From Bdellovibrionales bacterium (GTDB lineage Bacteria > Bdellovibrionota > Bdellovibrionia > Bdellovibrionales > DASUEL01), in contig JBFWOZ010000032.1 in assembly GCA_050250255.1 (NCBI GenBank), positions 1-33,489 of the forward strand: 33,489 bases of DNA, read 5' to 3'. The first letter of the stretch is position 1, and each line of letters begins with the position of its first letter. Shown in pieces: positions 1 to 7,381 of the stretch. The translations under genes were made by a program, and so were the position numbers. The notes beneath the pieces are model-generated. The model was not told the DNA's origin. It searched no databases and saw only the letters and a list, made by a program, of their open reading frames with translations.

Positions 1-1033
1 TCATCCAAGCTCTTGCAGAACAGTTTTCTTTAAGAATTTCAAATTTTTTTAAAGAGGTTATGTAGGCCTCACTCCAAATCACTTCCATGGATCCTAGGAA
101 GGATCTCTCAAGTACCTTTGAAGAGATACGACCTAAGGTTTTACATTCTTCAGTAGGAAGGAGATTCGGAAAAAGCGAGACCACTCCACGATGAACTTCG
201 TATTCTTGTTTTGTCACCGCAACACGAATCACAAACCAACAAAAAGGGGAAGCCGGAGCTGGATGCAAAGCCACATCAAGAACACGGTGAGTCGTCGGCG
301 CTGATGCTGTTAGCTCCGCTCTCAAATAGCGACTTGTAAAAAAAGAAGTCCCAATCATTGCTAAAAGTGCTGTAAGTGCAAACGCTGGCCAACGATGCTT
401 CAATTGGCGGCGGATGAGATAGACTCCAGTAAAAATCGTAGCGGCGACCGCAACAGATACCACTCCGAGATAATCATTGCGAACTCCAAAAACGAGCAAA
501 CTACAAAGGAGAATAAACGGTAAAAAACGAAGAATCGTTACACCCGTCGCGAGTAAAGAGCCCCCGAGAAGAGCCCACAAAAATGGTTCAATAATAAAAA
601 TCGCATCTCCATAAAACCAGCTATAGGAAAAAGGAAAGAACGGGTGAATCCCATAAGTGTTCCAAAAATCAGCAAAAATATGGAGAGCAAGTCCTAGAGC
701 CGAAATGACAGCCGCCATCTTCCAGTCCCGTTTGGTTAACTGATCAAAACGCAGTGGCTTTCTTAAAATCCACAATAAGCCGATGATCAAAAGCCACTGA
801 GGAATGAGTCCCACAAGAGTGTGCGTGTGACCGCGATGATGAAGGAGACTTCCTAAAGGACTCGGTGTGATTTTTGTGTAGAGGACGTCGAGATCAGGAA
901 AGTTATTACCTATGATTGAAGCTACGATCCAAAGTCGTCTTTGATCCTTCGAAGAGGTACTCGGTACTTTTTCTTTCTTATAAATCCAATCGCCAACCGC
1001 TGCGCCAATGAGAGAGTGCGTGATATTATCCAT
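1..1033 (-). CDS. Metal-dependent membrane hydrolase (YdjM-like), C-terminal part runs off the window edge
   Basis: Not in the ORF track. Manual translation from ATG at 1033 gives MDNITHSLIG...NFPDLD...HHRGHTHT...LHIFADFWNTYGIHPFFP, the family motifs, with several hydrophobic segments. Confidence 0.85.
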   Translation of the reverse strand, partial: MDNITHSLIGAAVGDWIYKKEKVPSTSSKDQRRLWIVASIIGNNFPDLDVLYTKITPSPLGSLLHHRGHTHTLVGLIPQWLLIIGLLWILRKPLRFDQLTKRDWKMAAVISALGLALHIFADFWNTYGIHPFFPFSYSWFYGDAIFIIEPFLWALLGGSLLATGVTILRFLPFILLCSLLVFGVRNDYLGVVSVAVAATIFTGVYLIRRQLKHRWPAFALTALLAMIGTSFFTSRYLRAELTASAPTTHRVLDVALHPAPASPFCWFVIRVAVTKQEYEVHRGVVSLFPNLLPTEECKTLGRISSKVLERSFLGSMEVIWSEAYITSLKKFEILKENCSARAWM

Positions 1034-1249
1034 GAAGAATCCGTACTACAGAGCCTCTTCCTTCTCAACAAAGAGCAGAAATGTTTTGTCCCTAGTTGAT
1101 CAGATAAAAGCTAAATGCAGTGTCACCTTGGCTCTGTTTACAAATAAAATTAATCCCCTTATGCATCCCATTGATGCTTGAGATTTTTTTCTCTTGGTCC
1201 ATCAATTGCTCTATCCCCTTGTCGGAACCAAATTTTAAGGGAGGAACGT

Positions 1250-1795
1250 ATGAAATCAGTCCAAATATTAATGATGGCACTAGCGCTTTGTTGTAGTGGC
1301 TTATCGACAGTTGTTTTAGCTAATGAAGAAATGAGCGTAGACTTTGAAGTCTCCGTTGATGAAGAGCAGTTTTACGGTAGCTGTAATCCTCAAACTCAGC
1401 CCTACCCGCACTGGGGAATGAAGGGCAATCAATGTTTAAAATCTTGTGGATACCTTGGTGGAACACACTCTTTTTCTGATAGTTGCGAACGTCATGGTAT
1501 GCGCGATGTAGGCAATGCCTACGATGTACCTTACTGCTGTGCTGGAAGTTACGGCGGTGGTGGACCGGGTCGTCAATGTACAGATCGTTACGGCCGCCGA
1601 GTTCCTTGTGATCAAGATCGTGGACCTCAATGTACTGACCCCTATGGTCGTCGAATTCCTTGCGAACAGGATCGCAGACCTCAATGTACAGATCGTTACG
1701 GTCGCCGGGTCCCTTGTGACCATGACCGTGTCCCAGATCGCAGACAGTGTACCGATCGCTATGGCCGTCAGGTTCCATGTTCTCCGGGCCGCTAG
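1250..1795 (+). CDS. Secreted cysteine-rich protein with four C-terminal CTDxYGRxxPC repeats
   Basis: ORF 1178..1795. The ATG at 1250 follows GGGAGGA and begins a signal peptide (MKSVQILMMALALCCSGLSTVVLA). A terminator lies directly downstream. Confidence 0.8.
   Translation: MKSVQILMMALALCCSGLSTVVLANEEMSVDFEVSVDEEQFYGSCNPQTQPYPHWGMKGNQCLKSCGYLGGTHSFSDSCERHGMRDVGNAYDVPYCCAGSYGGGGPGRQCTDRYGRRVPCDQDRGPQCTDPYGRRIPCEQDRRPQCTDRYGRRVPCDHDRVPDRRQCTDRYGRQVPCSPGR
1574..1780 (+). repeat. Intragenic tandem repeat, 4 units (54, 54 and 63 nt spacing)
   Basis: Units start at 1574, 1628, 1682 and 1745, each encoding QCTD(R/P)YGR(R/Q)(V/I)PC. Synonymous divergence between units indicates selection on the protein. 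Confidence 0.9.
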
Positions 1796-1824
1796 AATTG
1801 AGTTAAATTCTCTATAGTTAGGAT

Positions 1825-1862
1825 AAGCCGCATGTTCTCTGTAATATGCGGCTTTTTTTTTA
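1825..1862 (+). terminator. Rho-independent terminator
   Basis: AAGCCGCAT...ATGCGGCTT stem followed by a T run, about 30 nt after the stop at 1795. Confidence 0.85.
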
Positions 1863-1926
1863 CGATCTTGCTATCAAGGCTTGACCCAAAAGCTGATTTG
1901 TTGTTTTTATGGTGCCTCGTTTCGAT

Positions 1927-2023
1927 AGGGGCTTAGCTCAGTTGAATCCCCATGAGGTGCGCCGCAGGCGCGAGGCTCATGGGGTCGATGAGATGCTTTC
2001 GAAGAAACGAATTCCTGTTCTGC
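1927..2023 (+). repeat. 97-bp unit: duplicated tRNA-Val 5' end plus palindromic hairpin
   Basis: AGGGGCTTAGCTCAGTTG at 1927-1944 is identical to 2024-2041. It is followed by the stem CCCCATGAG (1948-1956) / CTCATGGGG (1976-1984) enclosing GCGCC-GCA-GGCGC. Confidence 0.8.
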
Positions 2024-2099
2024 AGGGGCTTAGCTCAGTTGGTAGAGCGCCACCCTTACAAGGTGGATGTCATCGGTTCGAGCCCGGTAGCCCCTACCA
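2024..2099 (+). tRNA. tRNA-Val (anticodon TAC)
   Basis: 76-nt cloverleaf: acceptor AGGGGCT/AGCCCCT, D arm GCTC..GAGC, anticodon arm CCACC-CTTACAA-GGTGG, T loop TTCGAGC, encoded CCA. Confidence 0.97.
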
Positions 2100-2230
2100 A
2101 TAAATATCGGCGTTACATGCTGAACTTTTAATTTTAAAATTTTGAGGATACTCTGAGGTCAACTCTTGTGTGGAATCCAAAACTACTTTCATGTCTTTTT
2201 TGGAATTTCCTATGTATACTTGTCGTGATT

Positions 2231-4762
2231 ATGAGGGGTGGTGCTGCAATTTTGGTATTCTTTTTTCTGGCGATTGGATTGGTGTTTCCTTCTGCGTTTG
2301 CCGACGAGAGCCCCGTGGTTTTTCAATGGGAAGGTCAGCCGAGGCATTTAAAAGAAAAACATGTCTGGCGCACTCAAAAAGCCTCTAGCCGACAAGACGT
2401 CTTTTTGACAAACTCCACCGCCATCACTCTTAATCTTTTCGAAGACGCAATATTTCAAGCGGAAAGAGACAAAGTCGAGATCCGATCCTCCAACCAGATG
2501 AGTTGGATTGGAAAAGTCAAAGGAGATCCATTAAGTGAAGTACATTTTGTGCTCAGTAAGGGACGAATCACGGGAAGAGTTTTTACCAAAAGACGCCTCT
2601 TTTCCATTTCTTCACCCGAGCCCTTCCGACATATAATTAATGAAAAAATCCACAGAGACCTTGTGGGCAAAAACTGTATATTACCTTCAGACAACGATCA
2701 GCAGGAACAAGAACCTGAATCTACAAATTCAAAAAGAAGAAAGGGCGAGCAATTAGAGGGAGATGATGGCTCAATCATTGACATCATGATACTTTATACA
2801 CCTCAAGCTCAAGCCGCATCCGGTGATATGGACTCTGAGGCCCAATTGGCTGTTGATATTGCCAACACAGGATTAGGAAATAGTAATGCCTCTTTTCGAT
2901 TTCGATTGGCTTATTCTGGAGAGATTTCCTATACCGAAACTCAAAGTGGAACAGACCTAACCAGACTTTACGGAAAAACAGATGGCTATATGGACGAGGT
3001 CCATGCTCTTCGAGAGACCCACGGTGGAGATATAGTTTCACTTTTTGTTTCAGATATTTCCGGAGCTTGCGGCTTTGCGCGAGAACAAACGGCCTCTCCA
3101 TCAAAAGCCCGCGCTTTCAATATAGTGAACCGAAATTGCCTTGATGAACCTACCTTTGCACATGAAGTTGGTCATAACTTAGGAGCCGCACACGAGTATG
3201 ACATTGATGCGAGTAACGGTGCCTACAGCTACAGTCATGGCTACTACCTCACCGGTACCATTGGGCCAGGTTATTACATTGGGTTTTACACTATCATGGC
3301 CTACGGCAATAACTGCGTGTCTTGCTACGGCATCACCTATTTTTCCAATCCCAAAGTTACTTTTCCTGGGTTTTCTTTTGGTACATCGGCAAAAGGTCCC
3401 GTCGGCGACGCCGCCACTGCCGATAGTATTCGAACTTTTGAAAACCTCGCTTATGCCACGGCCAATTTTACAAGATCCAAAATCATCAGCCATCCCGACA
3501 TCGAAGAAGACGCTTTATTCAACGACAAATGTTTTATTGCTACAGCGACTTACGGAAGCCCTTTTCATCCGTATGTTAGGGTATTACGAGAGTTTCGTGA
3601 TAAGAACTTGTTGCCTTATAAATGGGGACAAGAAATCGTTCGTTTCTATTATAAACATTCGCCAAGCTATGCCCAACTTATTGCCCAGTCGAGCACTCTC
3701 AAAGGATTAAGTCAGTTGGTTTTAACACTTATTGTTTTTACGATCACCTTTTCGAAGACGACACTGATGCTACTTGTGGGACTTTTTGTAATCCTAATAG
3801 GTCTTCGAAGGATTTCATGGAGGACGCTTCGCCTACCATTTCTTATGGTGATATCTATGCTACATCTCACTGTGTTTAACTCCGAAGGTCAGGCTCAAGT
3901 TGTAACCCCCTCATTGGATTCGAATCTTAAAGTTGAAAATCCTTCTCTTGTTATTCTAAAAAATTTAGTGGGCGTGTCCGTGGGATACACTAGAGGAGAA
4001 GGAGATGAGACCAAGCCTTCGGAAGATGGCGAGGAGATTGAGCAAGATCATTCCGATTACTCTGTTGTTGGCAACCTCAAGTATCGCAAAATTGGATTGG
4101 AGGCCTCTTATGAGCAAACAAAGTTGGAGCGAAAGAAAGTCAAATTCACTAATGAGTATTCGGGCACCGTCATAACGATTCACTCTGGATATGAGCTGGG
4201 AAAAAACTCGATCATTGGGTTGATGGGTCAAAGAGATGAGTATGCACTTGGTTCGGCTAAAATTACAGAAATGCGAATGAGGGGTAGCTATTCAAGAGAA
4301 ATACTCAAAGACCTTTATGCATTAGGCGCTGTCGGATATGTGATGAACGAAACACCTTATGCTGTGGACAATCAATGGCTTGAGCGAACGATAGGACTGA
4401 GTTACTGGCCAGGTTCATTTTTTCATTTTGAAATCGCTTGGTATCACACTCCATTGGCAAGGAAAAAGGCCCAGGGGGAAACAGACGCCAACCACCACCC
4501 CGAAACCGATCACTACCGAATTATTGGGGAGGTCTCTTGGAAGAGGGTGGTGTTTCACACTCAGTACCTTATGGAAAATGAGTATGCTGTCACGGATAAT
4601 GATTTTGACTTCAGAGCCAATAATTTTATTTTTGGACTGGGTTTCCTGGACATTTTTAAAAAGGCCAACTTGAGCCTGTACTACACAGATAGAGTGGAAG
4701 AGGAAGATACCACAAAAGTTGCCACTAAAATCTACGAACTAAAATTTGGTGTTTCGTTGTAG
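2231..4762 (+). CDS. Secreted reprolysin-like (M12-type metzincin) zinc protease fused to a CFI-box domain, hydrophobic segments and a probable outer-membrane beta-barrel
   Basis: Signal peptide ending PSAFA, HEVGHNLGAAH zinc motif (about nt 3161), Met-turn TIMAY, CFIATATYGS...LREFRD...YYKHSP (about nt 3530), and alternating beta-strand pattern ending YELKFGVSL. Start uncertain (2168 GTG or 2231 ATG). Confidence 0.85.
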   Translation: MRGGAAILVFFFLAIGLVFPSAFADESPVVFQWEGQPRHLKEKHVWRTQKASSRQDVFLTNSTAITLNLFEDAIFQAERDKVEIRSSNQMSWIGKVKGDPLSEVHFVLSKGRITGRVFTKRRLFSISSPEPFRHIINEKIHRDLVGKNCILPSDNDQQEQEPESTNSKRRKGEQLEGDDGSIIDIMILYTPQAQAASGDMDSEAQLAVDIANTGLGNSNASFRFRLAYSGEISYTETQSGTDLTRLYGKTDGYMDEVHALRETHGGDIVSLFVSDISGACGFAREQTASPSKARAFNIVNRNCLDEPTFAHEVGHNLGAAHEYDIDASNGAYSYSHGYYLTGTIGPGYYIGFYTIMAYGNNCVSCYGITYFSNPKVTFPGFSFGTSAKGPVGDAATADSIRTFENLAYATANFTRSKIISHPDIEEDALFNDKCFIATATYGSPFHPYVRVLREFRDKNLLPYKWGQEIVRFYYKHSPSYAQLIAQSSTLKGLSQLVLTLIVFTITFSKTTLMLLVGLFVILIGLRRISWRTLRLPFLMVISMLHLTVFNSEGQAQVVTPSLDSNLKVENPSLVILKNLVGVSVGYTRGEGDETKPSEDGEEIEQDHSDYSVVGNLKYRKIGLEASYEQTKLERKKVKFTNEYSGTVITIHSGYELGKNSIIGLMGQRDEYALGSAKITEMRMRGSYSREILKDLYALGAVGYVMNETPYAVDNQWLERTIGLSYWPGSFFHFEIAWYHTPLARKKAQGETDANHHPETDHYRIIGEVSWKRVVFHTQYLMENEYAVTDNDFDFRANNFIFGLGFLDIFKKANLSLYYTDRVEEEDTTKVATKIYELKFGVSL

Positions 4763-4909
4763 CCCTAACAAAAGAGACTATCAGCGGTTTTAATTTTTTT
4801 GATCCAATCCCAAAAATTCTTAGAACTTTTTTGTATAATACTAATAACGCAATAAGCCGTCTTTGGACGTTGTCTCGTCCACCCAAACGCTATAAAAAAT
4901 CAGAATGTG

Positions 4910-4968
4910 TCAGTTGGGCTCGAACCGATGACATCCACCTTGGCGCTCTACCAGTAGCCCCTACCAAT
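4910..4968. pseudogene. Scrambled tRNA-Val relic (central part inverted, anticodon deleted)
   Basis: 4916-4941 is the reverse complement of 2060-2085 and 4942-4953 is the reverse complement of 2040-2051. These are flanked by direct-orientation TCAGTT (D arm) and GTAGCCCCTACCAAT (3' end). Confidence 0.85.
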
Positions 4969-5067
4969 TCTTCCCCAATCTGCATCCAGGATACCGGTAC
5001 CAGTATCCATGAATCCCGGATGAAAACCTCAATATCAAAATAAAACCCACCAAATTCCAGCAAAGCA

Positions 5068-5076
5068 TGCTACTAT
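5068..5076 (+). promoter_or_regulatory. Possible extended -10 promoter for the RRM gene
   Basis: TGcTACTAT about 90 nt upstream of ATG 5163. Confidence 0.35.
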
Positions 5077-5126
5077 ACAACCAAGTTCAATTGCTACTTT
5101 CAGAGTTATGTTCATAGTGTTCATCT

Positions 5127-5158
5127 CCTCCAAAGTAAGCGCTCAAGCCTTTTGGAGG
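5127..5158 (+). promoter_or_regulatory. 5'-UTR hairpin occluding the Shine-Dalgarno sequence
   Basis: CCTCCAAA (5127-5134) is perfectly complementary to TTTGGAGG (5151-5158), which contains the SD. Confidence 0.5.
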
Positions 5159-5162
5159 TCTT

Positions 5163-5444
5163 ATGAGTAAAAAACTATACGTCGGTAATCTTCCCTTTTC
5201 TGCAAACGATCAGACTTTGACTGATGCATTTTCTCAGTGTGGAACTGTTGAATCTGCAAAAGTTATTATGGATCGCGATTCTGGTCGCAGCAAAGGTTTT
5301 GCTTTTGTGGAAATGTCTTCACCTGCAGAAGCACAAGCTTCTATCAGCAAATGGAACGGAACTCAACTTGATGGCCGCGCCATTAACGTGAGTGAAGCTA
5401 AGCCACAACCTCCACGCGACAGCCGCGGTGGTGGTCGTTACTAA
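5163..5444 (+). CDS. RRM-domain RNA-binding protein (Rbp family)
   Basis: RNP2 LYVGNL, RNP1 KGFAFVEM, short Gly/Arg tail, GGAGG SD. Confidence 0.96.
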   Translation: MSKKLYVGNLPFSANDQTLTDAFSQCGTVESAKVIMDRDSGRSKGFAFVEMSSPAEAQASISKWNGTQLDGRAINVSEAKPQPPRDSRGGGRY

Positions 5445-5469
5445 GCAACGATAAAGATACCGTAATTAT

Positions 5470-5501
5470 AAAAAACCGATCCTTGGGATCGGTTTTTTTT
5501 T
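5470..5501. terminator. Bidirectional intrinsic terminator
   Basis: AAAAAACCGATCC-TTG-GGATCGGTTTTTTTTT between convergent genes. Confidence 0.9.
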
Positions 5502-5574
5502 GCTCTTCAAAAATATAGTCTTGTAGCGGGGTCAGCTCTACAAGAACCGAGCTTGACCCACTTTCTATGAACTT

Positions 5575-6075
5575 TTACTTCGCTCTTTTGAGCATTTTCT
5601 GATGAATTTCATCACACATCTTAGTCTGGCTTCCTAAATTACGAATCGTAATCACAAGTACAGATTTTCCTGTCGGAGCTCCTCTTGGGGTTTTGTCCAT
5701 ATAAGAACGCAAAATGATGAAAGATTCTTTATTATCGCTCGATAATAATCCACTCGCAATTTTGCTTCCACGACGAAGAACCGCGACACCTTCGGAAAGA
5801 ACATTTTTTGTAAAAGAATTAATTTCTTCTACTTTTAAGTATCGCTTTCCTTGAGGATCTACAGCGCCACGAGAAATTCGGAACGAAGATGTTTCTGTCT
5901 GCCATTCTCCGCTAATTGTAGACCACGGAAAATCGATTTCAGTTCCCTTTGGAAATGGCACTTCATTGATGACCACTTCTGTCGGTGTACAGGTATTATT
6001 AATATTTGCAGAGCTGATGGTAGATGTAAGTAATAAGATGGCTACAATCGCCCATACCATTCGAAATTTATTCAT
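5575..6075 (-). CDS. Secreted hypothetical protein
   Basis: 166-aa ORF with signal peptide (MNKFRMVWAIVAILLLTSTISSA) and a G-rich SD, 21 nt after the upstream gene. Confidence 0.75.
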   Translation of the reverse strand: MNKFRMVWAIVAILLLTSTISSANINNTCTPTEVVINEVPFPKGTEIDFPWSTISGEWQTETSSFRISRGAVDPQGKRYLKVEEINSFTKNVLSEGVAVLRRGSKIASGLLSSDNKESFIILRSYMDKTPRGAPTGKSVLVITIRNLGSQTKMCDEIHQKMLKRAK

Positions 6076-6096
6076 GTGATTTCCCCCCCAAGTCGA

Positions 6097-7245
6097 TCAC
6101 TGTTGATGTTCTAATAAAACTTTAATGCCTTTACTTAAAAAATAACCGTTCTTAGATCTGAAAATATATTTTGGCTTATCCATATCCGGCTCAATGAGCT
6201 GACGAAGACGCTTGATCGTCACGTAAATTTTGTTGTCATGCACGCTCGGATCGTAATCTTGAGTCCAAATCTTCTTCACTAAGGATTCTTTAGAGTAGAT
6301 TTGGCCGGGATTTTTCAAAAAGAGGTGAAGAAGGTCCAGCAAGATAAACTGATTTTTAAAATCCACCTTACCTTTTTTACGTTCCATCACGGAGTTCGTG
6401 CCCACATTGAAAACCAAATCGAAGTCTTCGTTTGGTTTTACTCCAAGCTCTTCGAGCTTTTTGTCGATGTAGCCCGAGAGTTGCTTAAAGTTTTTTGAAT
6501 CTACCGTGCGCTTTGCAAGTTGCACGTAGGTGCGTGCCAAATCGAATTGGCCCATCGAGTGGTACGTGGAACCGATGTTATATAAGAGGTAACAGTACAC
6601 ATCGAGATTTTTTACTTCACGAAGTGTTTCGTAACACTCCCAGAAAATTTCTAATGCCTGTTCGTGTCGACCCTGCTTTCTCAAAACTGCTCCATTGAGA
6701 ATTTGGGAAGTCAGCTTTAATTCCATCAAAGGAAGGACTTGGAAAAACACTTGAAGATTGTAAATTTCTTTTAGCGCGTCGGCAAAACGGCCCATCATAA
6801 AATAGGCAATGGCAATACCGTGAATGGCGTAGCACATGTCTTCTTTGTCATCTTTGGAGAGAGCAATACCTAAAGATTTTTGGAAGTACTCTAAACCTAA
6901 ATCCAACTGCTGTTTGTAAGTCGCACAAATACCGAGCGTGTAGTAGGTTTTTGCATTGAGCTCAAAACCTTCTTTCAACACAAGATCCTGAAGCTTTTCT
7001 TTGGTGGCATTGATATCGTGAACGGCTTGTCTTTCGGCGTAAATTCTTAAAAGTTGATTTAAGCATTTGAGGTAATGATCAAATTTCTTCTTCGCAAAAA
7101 AGAGATCTGCCGCTTTCGTTAAGCGTGTTTCGGCCGCATCAAAGTCGCCTCTTGAATAATAAAGAGATCCGAGCTCGAGAAGAGTTTCTGGGCCCTGCTC
7201 GGCTTCCATTCCCTCGCCGTCAGATTTTGTCGTCAACTTAGCCAT
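6097..7245 (-). CDS. TPR-repeat protein with C-terminal OmpR/PhoB-type winged-helix DNA-binding domain
   Basis: TPR-like helices (LGSLYYSRGDFDAAE, NIGSTYHSMGQFDLA) and C-terminal NPGQIYSKESLVKKIW...IYVTIKRLRQLIEPD...YIFRSKNGY. Confidence 0.88.
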   Translation of the reverse strand: MAKLTTKSDGEGMEAEQGPETLLELGSLYYSRGDFDAAETRLTKAADLFFAKKKFDHYLKCLNQLLRIYAERQAVHDINATKEKLQDLVLKEGFELNAKTYYTLGICATYKQQLDLGLEYFQKSLGIALSKDDKEDMCYAIHGIAIAYFMMGRFADALKEIYNLQVFFQVLPLMELKLTSQILNGAVLRKQGRHEQALEIFWECYETLREVKNLDVYCYLLYNIGSTYHSMGQFDLARTYVQLAKRTVDSKNFKQLSGYIDKKLEELGVKPNEDFDLVFNVGTNSVMERKKGKVDFKNQFILLDLLHLFLKNPGQIYSKESLVKKIWTQDYDPSVHDNKIYVTIKRLRQLIEPDMDKPKYIFRSKNGYFLSKGIKVLLEHQQ

Positions 7246-7319
7246 GAACTAGCGCCTTTTGTGACCTTAAATAGTCTGTCAAAATGAGCACAAATTCTTA
7301 CAAAATCTGAATGTCATGG

Positions 7320-7371
7320 TCAAAACAAATCGGGCACGCTGTGATGCATATAATGCTCCAGAATGCCCGAT
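7320..7371 (-). terminator. Probable terminator hairpin after lon
   Basis: ATCGGGCA...TGCCCGAT stem followed by TTGTTTT on the minus strand, just after the lon stop. Confidence 0.55.
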
Positions 7372-7381
7372 CTCTAGGCGT

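Larger units (their letters stand above)
2087..4968. mobile_element. tRNA-Val-anchored genomic islet (att-like 15-bp direct repeat, no integrase)
   Basis: GTAGCCCCTACCAAT occurs at 2087-2101 (tRNA 3' end) and 4954-4968, flanking one large cargo gene. Confidence 0.6.

Noticed and set aside
1574..1780. CRISPR-like periodic repeats
   Set aside because: Units are in-frame coding repeats with synonymous variation, no unique spacers, and no cas genes nearby.
1909..2103. 64-aa ORF
   Set aside because: Overlaps the tRNA-Val gene and its upstream duplication, so it is spurious.
2100..4953. Prophage or autonomous integrative element
   Set aside because: No integrase, transposase or phage genes between the repeats.
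4831..5043. 70-aa ORF
   Set aside because: TTG start with no SD, runs through the tRNA relic, and has no recognisable motif.
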